Shown here one piece after another: positions 28,101 through 35,630 of a stretch of 61,544 bases of DNA. A program made the translations under genes and the position numbers. Positions within the stretch are counted from its first letter, which is position 1. Each line of letters opens with the position of its first letter. The notes under the pieces were generated by a model. It did not search any database. It was not told the origin of the DNA and worked only from the letters and a program-made list of their open reading frames with translations. The stretch comes from Candidatus Omnitrophota bacterium (GTDB taxonomy: Bacteria; Omnitrophota; Gorgyraeia; 2-01-FULL-45-10), in assembly GCA_003142795.1 (NCBI GenBank), contig PLNN01000028.1:1-61544 (forward strand), read 5' to 3'.

Positions 28101-31100
28101 TGGTATGCCGCCTGTCGGCGTATATACATCATCGGGATACCACAGGATCTCACCATCAGCATCCCACGACCTTACCGTTGCGGATTCCGTTATAACTTCT
28201 ATAGCTTTGCCTGCCTCAAAGTTCCCGAGTTTAAATATCGAATGCACCCCTTCCAATAAACATTCTTCATATGACTCCGGGTCGATAGGCGCTGATTGCG
28301 GCCCGTTAAGTAATTCGCGCAATTTAGGGTCTACGGGAAGCTTGTTTTTTTCCGCAAAGCCCATGTCGGCAAAAATGTTCAATCCGAAAGAATTTCTTCT
28401 TGACACGGCCTCTCTTAAAATTTCTATGCCTCCTATTGCACTTATATCGGGGCAGTCTTCTAAATTGCCTTCTCCGTGCAGGAAAAAGACCGCTCCCATA
28501 TCTTTAAGAAGGGCGTGTAATTGTAATACAAGTTCTGCATATGTAACATAAAGCGTATGTTCTTTGCTTGCAGGATCGTGCTTTGCGCGAATTTGGGTGA
28601 ACGTTTCGGGATGTTGATATATATCGCATAGATATTCTAACTCTTGTATCGTAAAGCGGAGCGCGAGCTGTTTGATTATCGCATGTTCCTTATCAGAAAA
28701 TACCTTTTTCACCTCTACTCCGTGAGTGGGACGCGAATTATCCGGTTGGCCGGCACCGCCATAATTGAATTCATCCAAATCTTTATCTGGATAGTTGAAA
28801 ACCCTAACGTGAGGGCCGGGTTGCGCAGTACGTAATTGCTTTCTAGCAGCATCGGGAAATAGAGCGGGTAATCTTAACTGGGCATCCTGCGTAATAAGCT
28901 CGGGGCGCGCTTCGTATATTCCCACCAACCTATCCAGAGCAACATTCCTTACCCGCTGGCGTGCATTTTTACTGGAAGCCATATTGACCAATTCGGCTAC
29001 AGCAAGTTCAGCGGCAGCCTTGGTAGAACTATGATTCAGGGCTATAGAAGCCAGTTCTCCGACCCTTTCCATGGCAATTTCGAAAGCAGAAACTTGCTTT
29101 ATGCCCATAACCGGACTGACATCAAACCGCACCCGAGTCCCATCATGTTTTCTTACAATGATCGTTTCTTTGTATGTTCCGTTTGTGATCGTGAAACTCT
29201 TATCAAAATTGCATATGCCCTCGAAACCGCCGTTAATTCTTTTAAAATGGCCACCTTCAACCTTAACATTATCCGGCGCCTTGATCGACATGCGGACCAT
29301 GTTTTTAGATTTGTTTATCTCAATTATACCTATTTCAATGCTGTGATTAAGAATGACGCTAGCGCCTTCTTTATATGTATGCGCAAAACCATTGCTGGAA
29401 TTTTGCGATAATGGTTCAGACAATATTTCCGTCGCGGTTTGCGAGCCAGGGCTGCTTCTGAAATCTGCCCCATCGCCAAACTGGTCCGTGTATTTGCGCA
29501 CTCCCTTAAAGCCTTTTATTTCGGTCGAGCCCGGCCGCTGGGCAGCGGCGTCTATGCGCTTAGCCGACTTCTGCGCAGGCGAGGGTTGAGAAGTTATCGT
29601 GATTTCTACGGATTCGCGTATGGTATCGATATTGCCTATTTCCAACGTATGCTTGGTGCGGTTTCTGTTAAATTTTATATTATCACCTTTTTTGGCCGAA
29701 CCCGGCTCGACTATAAAATATGACGCTCCGCTAACCATCGCCTTAATGGCAAGTCCTTCGATGTGAGAGGCGTCCCTGATCTTGCCTACTGTAATATACA
29801 AACCGGTATCTTTATATTCTACCAAACCGTCAACGAGGTAATAGGTAAAGAAGTTTTTGTTTGCCGCTGGTTTTGAAGCAGGCGGCATGCCGTCAACAGG
29901 TGACTTTTTTAACGCTTCGTTGATTTCTCTTTCAAAGGTCTTCCACTCTTCAAAAAGGTCGTTATATATCCCTATACTATCAGTACCTTGATAACAGGCG
30001 ATGGTAAAAAGCGATCCTTGGCACAAGTCGAACACCAGGCCATAACTGCCGAGCGCCTCATTCAATTTTTTTATTTTTTCACTAGCGGGGTCCGAACGCA
30101 ATATTACGAGCTCCTTGCTATTCGGCAATGTAATATAGAGCGCAGGAGAGCCTCTTCTGGTCCCGATCGTGATCTTTGGAGGAATTGAATTTTTCGTAAT
30201 TGCGGCGGGTAGCGGGTTGGACAAGATAGACCCCATGGCACGGTCACGCGTGAGCGTTTCATCCAGACGCTCTACGACTTTCAGCTTTGCAATCTTTGCT
30301 CGGGTAGTAATGTCTGATGCTATACCATGTTCATAGCTATTATTCGCAATGGTCATAATATTGTTCAAAGAACCACTTCTATCAACTTTGCCGAGTAGAC
30401 CGAAGTGGACGGTCGTCTCATAGAAATATTTGGAGTCGAATGATCTTGCATTAGTCTTTAACGCTATTATGGAAGGTTCATTTGCAGCAGGCTCCCCGGC
30501 ATATGCGAAATCATTCGCTTCCGCTATAATATATACCGCATTATCGCTTGAGTGCGCGTATTCGTCGATAGGTATCAGCATGCCCTCTTCATTCGGCATC
30601 AGCCCTACCGGATAATCTTCATTTTTATTTTTAAGGACAATTACTAAAGGTTTTTTCCTTAAATCTCCACTCAGTTTATTGAGTTCGTCAGAATTTATAC
30701 CAAGTTCCATTAAACGAAATATTACCCGCTCACAGACTTTTGTTATATCGCCATTATTTGAATATACATACTTTGCTTTACCATATTTTCTAAAAGCAGT
30801 CGGAGGGACGCCTTTTCCTTTAAAATGACTCGGATGGAATTGTTCATTAACGGCTATTTCCCCCGCATCCGCCTTCTTCGCCAGATATTCATCCATCGAA
30901 AGCCTGCCCTTGACAGGTGATATTTCATGGCTGACGTGCATCGCGGCAGCATACTGATGTTCCTGGCTTCTCTTGGGAAGATTACGAAGCGTGTCATATT
31001 TTACAAATCTGTCGTATTCATTTTCTTTATAAACATATATGGGAAAACCGCCGTCCGCATCCCTTTTTGAAGCGATCACGGCATAATATGTCCATGGCTC

Positions 31101-31520
31101 TTTTCTTGGATTTTTTGGATCGGTAACGCGGCACATTATCCTGAAGTGCCCGTCCGGCAATGCCTTCATTTCATTGGGAAAGATCTGCACGCCTATCTCT
31201 GGGAAAAATTGTAGATCGGGGGCGGAAGATATCGTATCTTTATGTTTAGTAGCCATCTCTGCCAGTTTAGGGAGAAGATTAAGATCCACGGTCTTGGCTT
31301 GTCCGGCCATCTTAAGCAGCGAGGATAACAACGCAACCCTTATCCTGAACTCATGATTTATTTCAGGCCCGTTCAGGTCGTCGCAACGCAATGCCGCAGC
31401 AAGCCTGTCGGTGTTGGAAACGTAATTTAACTGCTGGGCAAACGCAAAATCAGATAATGCAGTATTGAATATGAAACATATCAAAATTATTGCCGAGATG
31501 ATCTTTTTTGTTCTTTTCAT
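22188..31520 (-). CDS. Giant secreted/surface multidomain protein (3110 aa)
   Basis: One uninterrupted ORF with GGAGGA 12 nt upstream of the ATG. The N-terminus MKRTKKIISAIILICFIFNTALSDFAFA/QQ is a classic Sec signal (basic n-region, h-region, AxA). Recognisable internal modules are listed as separate features. Confidence 0.85.
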   Translation of the reverse strand: MKRTKKIISAIILICFIFNTALSDFAFAQQLNYVSNTDRLAAALRCDDLNGPEINHEFRIRVALLSSLLKMAGQAKTVDLNLLPKLAEMATKHKDTISSAPDLQFFPEIGVQIFPNEMKALPDGHFRIMCRVTDPKNPRKEPWTYYAVIASKRDADGGFPIYVYKENEYDRFVKYDTLRNLPKRSQEHQYAAAMHVSHEISPVKGRLSMDEYLAKKADAGEIAVNEQFHPSHFKGKGVPPTAFRKYGKAKYVYSNNGDITKVCERVIFRLMELGINSDELNKLSGDLRKKPLVIVLKNKNEDYPVGLMPNEEGMLIPIDEYAHSSDNAVYIIAEANDFAYAGEPAANEPSIIALKTNARSFDSKYFYETTVHFGLLGKVDRSGSLNNIMTIANNSYEHGIASDITTRAKIAKLKVVERLDETLTRDRAMGSILSNPLPAAITKNSIPPKITIGTRRGSPALYITLPNSKELVILRSDPASEKIKKLNEALGSYGLVFDLCQGSLFTIACYQGTDSIGIYNDLFEEWKTFEREINEALKKSPVDGMPPASKPAANKNFFTYYLVDGLVEYKDTGLYITVGKIRDASHIEGLAIKAMVSGASYFIVEPGSAKKGDNIKFNRNRTKHTLEIGNIDTIRESVEITITSQPSPAQKSAKRIDAAAQRPGSTEIKGFKGVRKYTDQFGDGADFRSSPGSQTATEILSEPLSQNSSNGFAHTYKEGASVILNHSIEIGIIEINKSKNMVRMSIKAPDNVKVEGGHFKRINGGFEGICNFDKSFTITNGTYKETIIVRKHDGTRVRFDVSPVMGIKQVSAFEIAMERVGELASIALNHSSTKAAAELAVAELVNMASSKNARQRVRNVALDRLVGIYEARPELITQDAQLRLPALFPDAARKQLRTAQPGPHVRVFNYPDKDLDEFNYGGAGQPDNSRPTHGVEVKKVFSDKEHAIIKQLALRFTIQELEYLCDIYQHPETFTQIRAKHDPASKEHTLYVTYAELVLQLHALLKDMGAVFFLHGEGNLEDCPDISAIGGIEILREAVSRRNSFGLNIFADMGFAEKNKLPVDPKLRELLNGPQSAPIDPESYEECLLEGVHSIFKLGNFEAGKAIEVITESATVRSWDADGEILWYPDDVYTPTGGIPSVIGPFSGRVRGGMAMVNGKVRDLNKYRGDRIRFDQKEGGNALQGIQMRYRESSYGLVKDPYTFERGAFVTLTTDAGQDNIFKDIYEEREEGAAEPTKKASAKIGTTYVLIGDDLTMMHSVKNDGEVDLPYHASIHPWSLKGGAAVTCSGTPTKIYINDDTKHFPIRIEDVPAQYNFTEPKVIETPVEQVFTGFKTDEKGWASFTITAPDGRSLTTEFRTDDWPDGKLWITDKIASFQLLSGPIGAFNPKTEPKCESVVPGEERIWAARIKARRGQQQPAQLKPAAEAGKAIFVADGQQVQAPVVDSSLRKTLASLALNQDAVLAKVEGQSPVLVNGGEPVDDTLKAGDTVNINYKSPLYYLVDPSSLTGQHFYRDNYPRDRRQISMAWATSRMMGLTTNLSIFQTSAESGLFDQAIEELVSQGITDPAKVYDDVTMGAFTEYLNLIGAMTTIGGHALGTASYEVPPHLIHNVKDTVSYQNLITSLNPKAVMVKSPSTAANFEAVRQNALAENVVRDNMTLMFGFDQWLESQFAQIEKLEQRVRHNKPIDDYFGVDSFFLSRTDILVNTIFGKLIENGMLGAGDKKKFEQIKDKVAVAQAKIVGRWNNYVYFGKGLPYGTPRPPQLDMLRKRFENLKKQIPNINIRSRIPLWASTQVKQADIDRHVDPLLYFVNLIGPDTVNTMPDGLRKAIEERFEGLTDKQKESAIRQLDHAIDDNRIITKYDPLGRKTEYAEGLTPERIIRYANDLFDRYTNAILDIQGTHPSKDKTGVNIREEILAYNQRLQGLNEAGDLSSPICGQESMPIHGRFRMDLEKLAKLLTWRGGDQFEAAYLASLKAFEAKIKAIQLGGQVTYSKQGTEEKKSVPQAAETGNSRQPGGQLKGLGSPAGALLLFGLYPDEFCQGKSFKVRDHFSIAADIYSKEIAEGTLRADRTPLRAAKYLEDVSRGVYKLTPEGEESAKQFAAFMLDRFGGMEGLKERIRSNDLEFQAELRNINKAIDLRASELSPSIKNENAGSQRHDVKSGQFDRKPGSSDDDALYIFARHSEVFFNPNGFATNDHEKYVAEMGQISRTALIYSRRELIKQGYINRTRRGYYVLTGKGMFEALSQLVMRAHEDTLGTITWQVLEPYRRNFYTNVNILLWFLSSRQLMHKVDNFYRITPNDAGRRETELFDKAWQVAEKNQGFVNSLNGRLNALDIRPVGSARDKNSLPSDSLYIQVKSKELREKFFSIVIKQDENGPDLVLSNLEASQASETPQPMTQPVQSGIPLTGERPAVAAGEQMAAAVTALANTERSGMPTFGPQPLAVRSNDGNKPQDWFADKNAKKRPEGIESPVADVMSPSLMQEAGMTVVGVGRLDPYSAEMPIQSLVLRGNSIGDSTQRDVVLYADKLKADIMSCRLLFRAGQIGSVDLRIEKKAKQEFKITGYDNFTVTWPEGTQQKLEADLKAALDELVNKSWSQTSPVLNQKLQAPAVTKKSDAQGGSARSSSKIHPDRNRKRVTEQPFGAIGKVPPVPNNPISNINEGGSNVGGFVHPEDRYPANWGAAGNGKSAQPDRRDSSVADTSISNHRFEDPQTATWEAVVELFKGNDAASITITDYIALYAARGIAKNAESARQELYGLIKSGYLDASSQGGQRRYALTPGKGSREFRFWADRYAAPELPRHSDDIFSGSEWKGPTLIGEGFESTASTRVGELTHPAETAIQAAGNISSIDIHSNYNEALAEINEIAQNHATNAGMEIPTPENTRYTLLVNANLYKDGDLKNDRNGITPEGEKIAGFADRFDVLRVNTSSVDNILGHINVDGLDPKRVVVQLSGPWKEENIRNLMKGAPGIKFVHVDTTGFNSDANLNDNERQLCRFDLYTQMLLVRRITKEDIEKRNSLYMVLEFFLKTHSNDVSDAFITQYMNSIVAIDIAEAGKLSPSALEDALDRTREAAAFLINHNLSYMPTERWRTPDYHQVALTMMSA
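23150..25260 (-). other. Three winged-helix-like modules in the C-terminal third of the giant protein
   Basis: The modules are RAAKYLEDVSRGVYKLTPEGEE (about 25225-25256), ISRTALIYSRRELIKQGYINRTRRGYYVLTGKG (about 24792-24900) and ARQELYGLIKSGYLDASSQGGQRRYALTPGKG (about 23158-23260). Each shows the helix - L(I/E)x.G(Y)(I/L) - wing - Y.LT.(K/E)G pattern of MarR/PadR-type wHTH domains. Confidence 0.4.
25990..27040 (-). other. Transaldolase-fold (class I aldolase TIM barrel) domain within the giant protein (about aa 1490-1845)
   Basis: The ordered blocks are GLTTNLSIFQ (26895-26909 for TTNLS), VMVKSPST (Lys1634 at 26619-26621), NMTLMFGF, VDSFFLSRTD, PLWASTQVK and LIGPDTVNTMP. They match the transaldolase family blocks in the correct order and with roughly the right spacing. 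Confidence 0.65.
27350..28180 (-). other. Aldose-1-epimerase (mutarotase)-like beta-sandwich domain within the giant protein (about aa 1110-1390)
   Basis: GGIPSVIGPFSGRVRGG...NGK...L (compare GIP.L.PW.NRI..G.f..dG..y.L). GGNALQG stands where the family has N.lHG, with Gln1184 at 27969-27971. YHASIHPWSL matches HPYFNL, with His1276 at 27693-27695. Confidence 0.5.
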
Positions 31521-31653
31521 TTTGCTTGGTCTTCCTCCGTTATAATTATTATTCTTTACTTACTAAATTATTTTATTTATAAAACAAAAATGCCTGACAT
31601 TGCTGCCAAGCATTTTATTTGCTTCGTGTATGAAAAATTTTAAACTTGGTGTT

Positions 31654-31681
31654 AGTTTATCATAAAAGGAAAAGATGTCAA
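31654..31681 (-). promoter_or_regulatory. Candidate sigma70-type promoter of the giant gene (TTGACA-N16-TAAACT)
   Basis: The minus strand reads TTGACA at 31681-31676 and TAAACT at 31659-31654. This implies a 5' leader of about 130 nt. The site lies in the 220-bp AT-rich spacer after metG. Confidence 0.35.
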
Positions 31682-31740
31682 TGCGTTAAATCTATCTTTT
31701 TTAAACCTTAACAATTTTATAAATCGGAATAGAAAAAAAA

Positions 31741-33243
31741 TTATTTGGTTTCGATGCGGGGAAATAATGGGCCGGATGATCTTACTTTTCCCGATCCATC
31801 TTTCATGCCGAGCTGGTTTTTCATCTTTTCACTCGTTTCGGGCATGAAAGGATATATCGATATCGCGATCGTCTTCAGGGCGTCGATAAGCCCTGACATC
31901 AGCGACGCAAGGTCATCCGTTTTTTTCTCTTTGGCGAGGTTCCATGGCTTCGAATCTTCGATCAATTTATTCGCTATGTCTATCACTTCCCATATCTTCG
32001 TCAGCGCTGTCACAAAATCGAAATTCGGGATAGATCTTTCAAGTTCAGCGGACAAATTTAACGCCTTATTTTTCAAGTTATCGTAACCCGTGACCCGTGA
32101 CCCGTGACCCGTAATTTCCGGAACTTTTCCCTCAAAATACTTATCCACCATCGAAAGCGTCCGGCTCAACAGGTTTCCCAGGTCATTGGCAAGATCGCTA
32201 TTGTAACGCGTGATAAGCGCCTCTTCGCTGAAAGTGCCGTCCAAACCGAAATTTACTTCTCGTAACAGGAAATACCTGTAGGGATCGACGCCATATTTCG
32301 TTACAAGTTCAATGGGATCGACGACGTTACCTTTCGACTTCGACATCTTCTCGCCCTTTATCACCCACCAGCCATGCGCAAAAATAGACTTCGGCGGTTC
32401 GATGCCTGCAGCATGAAGTATTATGGGCCAATAAACCGCGTGATGGCGGAGTATATCCTTGCCTATGACATGAAAATCGGCAGGCCATAAATTCCCGAAG
32501 CGTTCCATATCGTGCGGGTAGCCTGCCCCGGAAATATAATTAACAAGGGCATCGAACCATACATATGTCACGTAATCTTTATCGAACGGGATCTCTATGC
32601 CCCAGCTCATCCTGCTCTTCGGGCGCGAAATGCAAAGGTCCAAAAGCTCTTCTTTCAAAAAACCGAGCACTTCGTTCTTGCGAAAATCCGGCCGTATGAA
32701 ACCTGGATTCTTATCTATATATTCTATGAGCCATTTCTGGTACTCGGAAGTCTTAAAAAAATAATTTGTTTCGTCGAGCCGCTCTATTGGCCTTTTGCAA
32801 TCGGGGCAAATCCCGCCAGGCGCCTGGTTTTCCGACCAGAAGGTCTCGCATGGCGTGCAGAACCACCCTTTATATACCTTCTTATAAATTTTGCCGTCTT
32901 TATACAATTTCTGCAGGATCGCCTGGACGGCCTTTATGTGATAGTCGTCCGTCGTCCTTATAAAGTAATCGTATTTGATGCCGAGTTTTGCCCACAGGTC
33001 TTTAAAGACCGGGACGATCTCGTCGACAAACCGCTTCTCTTCGCCCTTCTTGTAGCCGCGCTCGAGCGTCGTCTTTTCTATCTTCTCGCCGTGTTCGTCC
33101 GAACCGGTCATGAAGAAGACCTCATGCCCGAGCTGCCTCATGAAACGCGCTACGGTATCGCAGGCAACCTGCGTGTAGGAATGGCCTATGTGCGGTTTCG
33201 AATTAACGTAATAAACAGGCGTTGTGATATAGAATTTTTTCAT
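31741..33243 (-). CDS. metG: Methionyl-tRNA synthetase (short form, lacking the C-terminal tRNA-binding appendix)
   Basis: HIGH block (PHIGHSYT), KMSKS block (KMSKSKGN), and zinc knuckle CTPCE...CPDC. Confidence 0.95.
   Translation of the reverse strand: MKKFYITTPVYYVNSKPHIGHSYTQVACDTVARFMRQLGHEVFFMTGSDEHGEKIEKTTLERGYKKGEEKRFVDEIVPVFKDLWAKLGIKYDYFIRTTDDYHIKAVQAILQKLYKDGKIYKKVYKGWFCTPCETFWSENQAPGGICPDCKRPIERLDETNYFFKTSEYQKWLIEYIDKNPGFIRPDFRKNEVLGFLKEELLDLCISRPKSRMSWGIEIPFDKDYVTYVWFDALVNYISGAGYPHDMERFGNLWPADFHVIGKDILRHHAVYWPIILHAAGIEPPKSIFAHGWWVIKGEKMSKSKGNVVDPIELVTKYGVDPYRYFLLREVNFGLDGTFSEEALITRYNSDLANDLGNLLSRTLSMVDKYFEGKVPEITGHGSRVTGYDNLKNKALNLSAELERSIPNFDFVTALTKIWEVIDIANKLIEDSKPWNLAKEKKTDDLASLMSGLIDALKTIAISIYPFMPETSEKMKNQLGMKDGSGKVRSSGPLFPRIETK
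32084..32111 (-). repeat. In-frame heptanucleotide tandem repeat (TAACCCG + 3x TGACCCG on the plus strand) inside metG
   Basis: Read directly from the sequence. It encodes ...EITGHGSRVTGYD... between the catalytic core and the anticodon-binding region. Confidence 0.9.
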
Positions 33244-33244
33244 A

Positions 33245-34027
33245 TTATTTATACGGCACCTCTATTATGGTGCCGTCCTCAAGCTCAGCCGTTACAGAAC
33301 GTTTGATAGCATTTATGCTTATGATCTTGCCGTTACCCTTCTCCGTCTTTATGATCTCGCCTTCATGCGGCATGCCTTTCATCAATTCCTTATATGTCTT
33401 ATACTCGTATCCAAGGCAGCACATGAGGCGGCCGCACAGGCCCGATATCTTCGTAGGATTGAGAGGCAGGTTCTGTTCTTTGGCCATCTTTATCGTAACG
33501 GGCTCGAAATCTTTCAGATACGTCGCGCAACATAATGCCCTGCCGCACGGGCCAAGGCCGCCGAGGATCTTGGCCTCGTCGCGCACGCCTATCTGCTTTA
33601 ATTCTATGCGTGTCTTGAATACGTTGGCCAAGTCCTTGACCAGGTCCCTGAAGTCTACTCTTCCCTCGGCCGTAAAATAGAAGACTATCTTCGAGCGGTC
33701 GAACGAGAACTCTGCATCTATCAGTTTCATCGGGAGCTTTCGCTCCTGTATTTTTTTGGAACAGGTATCCATTACTTCTTTTATCTTCTTCTTATTCTTA
33801 TCGACCTGGTGCATGTCCCACGGATTCGTTTTACGTATCACTTTCTTCAGAGGCTCTTCCAGGTCCGAATCCAGTATCGCTTCCCTGTCTGATAGAACCT
33901 GGCCGTAGTCGAGCCCTCTGTCGGCTTCGACTATCACGTGATCGCCGATCTTGAATTTCATTCCGCCGGGCGAGAAATAAGTTATCTTGCCGGCTTCCCT
34001 CAATCTTACCTGGATCACTTCATACAT
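33245..34027 (-). CDS. ricT: PSP1-domain protein (YaaT/RicT-like)
   Basis: PSP1-type Cys-rich blocks GPCGRALCC and LCGRLMCCL. It sits next to holB, as in Bacillus. Confidence 0.75.
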   Translation of the reverse strand: MYEVIQVRLREAGKITYFSPGGMKFKIGDHVIVEADRGLDYGQVLSDREAILDSDLEEPLKKVIRKTNPWDMHQVDKNKKKIKEVMDTCSKKIQERKLPMKLIDAEFSFDRSKIVFYFTAEGRVDFRDLVKDLANVFKTRIELKQIGVRDEAKILGGLGPCGRALCCATYLKDFEPVTIKMAKEQNLPLNPTKISGLCGRLMCCLGYEYKTYKELMKGMPHEGEIIKTEKGNGKIISINAIKRSVTAELEDGTIIEVPYK

Positions 34028-34030
34028 TTA

Positions 34031-35008
34031 TTACCTCGCATTCTCTAACGCGGCCAATCCAAGGACGGCGATCGTCAGTTTCGGATTCGCGTTTGAGTCT
34101 AAAAACGACCCTGTTAATATTATCTGTTTTATGATCTCTTCGATACGCGAAAATTTAAGGCGCTTGGCTTCTTTTATTATCGCGTCTGACTTATCTATAT
34201 TGACCAGCCCAAATACGGCATCCGCGCCGGAGGCCTTAGTGATCAGGATATCCCTGTACCATGTAAGCGCGATATCAAGATACGCTTTAAGTTCCGGCTT
34301 CGAAACGGCGTCGAAATCCGAATCAAAGAATTCGTTCCTTGCAAGGCTGTCGACTATCCTGTTCCTCTTCTTCAGAAAATCGCCTTCTTTGTATTTTAAC
34401 GCCACTCCCATCCTGCCACTCGAAAGATGCGCGAGCGCTTTAGCCTGAGGCTCGTCGATCTTATGCTCTTTAACCAAGATCCTCGCCGTCTCATTAACGC
34501 CGAGCGCGTAGAATTTCACGGCCTGGCTGCGCGACACTATGGTCGGCAGTAGATCCCTCAATTCGGGCGCTATCAGGATAAGGAGCGCATCCGTTGGGGG
34601 TTCTTCAAGCGTCTTTAAGAAGGCGTTCGCGGCTTCGCGCGTCAGGGCCTGGGCATTATCTACTATATAGATCTTCTTTTTCGCTTCATACGGCTTTAGC
34701 CCTATATCCTTGATCAGGGCGCGTATCTTTTCTATGCCGACCGACGATCCCTCTTTATCGGGTGAGAATAAAAATACGTCGGGATGGTTAAATGAATTTA
34801 TCTTTTTGCATGAAGCGCATTCTTCGCATGGCTCTTCGTCGCGGGCGTCCTGGCAATTCAGCATCTTTGCGAAATTAAGCGCAGTCATCTTCTTACCTAC
34901 GCCTTCAGGACCCCAAAATATATAGGCGTGCGAAAGCCTGTCTTGCCTTGCGGCATTCTTCAGTATCGCTATTGCCCTATCCTGCCCTCTTATATCTTTG
35001 AATGACAC
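34031..35008 (-). CDS. holB: DNA polymerase III subunit delta prime
   Basis: HAY.F.GP.GVGK, a Cys-rich zinc module (C.EC.SC), and the LKTLEEPP block. Confidence 0.85.
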   Translation of the reverse strand: MSFKDIRGQDRAIAILKNAARQDRLSHAYIFWGPEGVGKKMTALNFAKMLNCQDARDEEPCEECASCKKINSFNHPDVFLFSPDKEGSSVGIEKIRALIKDIGLKPYEAKKKIYIVDNAQALTREAANAFLKTLEEPPTDALLILIAPELRDLLPTIVSRSQAVKFYALGVNETARILVKEHKIDEPQAKALAHLSSGRMGVALKYKEGDFLKKRNRIVDSLARNEFFDSDFDAVSKPELKAYLDIALTWYRDILITKASGADAVFGLVNIDKSDAIIKEAKRLKFSRIEEIIKQIILTGSFLDSNANPKLTIAVLGLAALENAR

Positions 35009-35630
35009 GCCCTGCCTCTTGTCGCACCAAGATTTGAGTCTTCTCTATGGTGCCGTTAACTTTTATTGTTTTAATCCTCTTCGGTTCAGCCGAAGCCAGC
35101 TTTAAATAACCTGCTCTGACCCTTTCATGATACGCAATGTTCTTCTTTTCCATCCGATCAAAGCCTTTTGCCTTTGCGCGTTTCAATCCCGTGGCTGTGT
35201 CGATATCGAGGAGTATTGTAAGGTCCGGTTTCAATCCGCCGGTCGCTATATTATCCAGCGTCTTTATTACCGCGATCGGCAGCTTCCCGCCATAACCCTG
35301 ATAACTTAAGGTCGCGTCCGAAAAACGGTCGCAGACGACTATCTTTTTATCTGCTAACACTGGTGCTATGACTTCTCTCACTATCTGTGAACGCGCCGCT
35401 TCGAATAAAAATAATTCGGCAAGGTCTGATATCGCGACCCCATCCGAATGGAGCAATAACCGCCTTATCTGCTCACCGCACTCAGTACCGCCCGGCTCGC
35501 GCGTGTAGACGCAAGTATACCCGAGTTTTTTCAGATGATCGCAAAGAAGGCGCGACTGGGTCGACTTCCCGCATCCTTCCGGCCCTTCGAAGGTAATGAA
35601 TATGCCCTTTTTTAAACTTTTACCCGCCAT
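34977..35630 (-). CDS. tmk: Thymidylate kinase
   Basis: FITFEGPEGCGKSTQ P-loop, the REPGGT block, and DRF..S..AYQG. Confidence 0.9.
   Translation of the reverse strand: MAGKSLKKGIFITFEGPEGCGKSTQSRLLCDHLKKLGYTCVYTREPGGTECGEQIRRLLLHSDGVAISDLAELFLFEAARSQIVREVIAPVLADKKIVVCDRFSDATLSYQGYGGKLPIAVIKTLDNIATGGLKPDLTILLDIDTATGLKRAKAKGFDRMEKKNIAYHERVRAGYLKLASAEPKRIKTIKVNGTIEKTQILVRQEAGRVIQRYKRAG

Noticed and set aside
22188-31520. The idea that the giant protein, or the left-edge protein, is the TpsA cargo of the TpsB at 49407-51134.
   Set aside because: The genes are more than 18 kb apart and separated by many housekeeping genes. I found no TPS-domain motifs (NPNL/NPNGI) after either signal peptide. 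I kept this only as an open question under the orphan TpsB finding.
31587-31616. A hairpin AAAATGC-N16-GCATTTT followed by a T-run on the minus strand, in the spacer between metG and the giant gene. It could be a metG terminator or a leader attenuator.
   Set aside because: The stem is only 7 bp, 5 of them A-T, with a 16-nt loop. It also lies downstream of the best promoter candidate for the giant gene. It is too weak to call without folding energies or RNA data.
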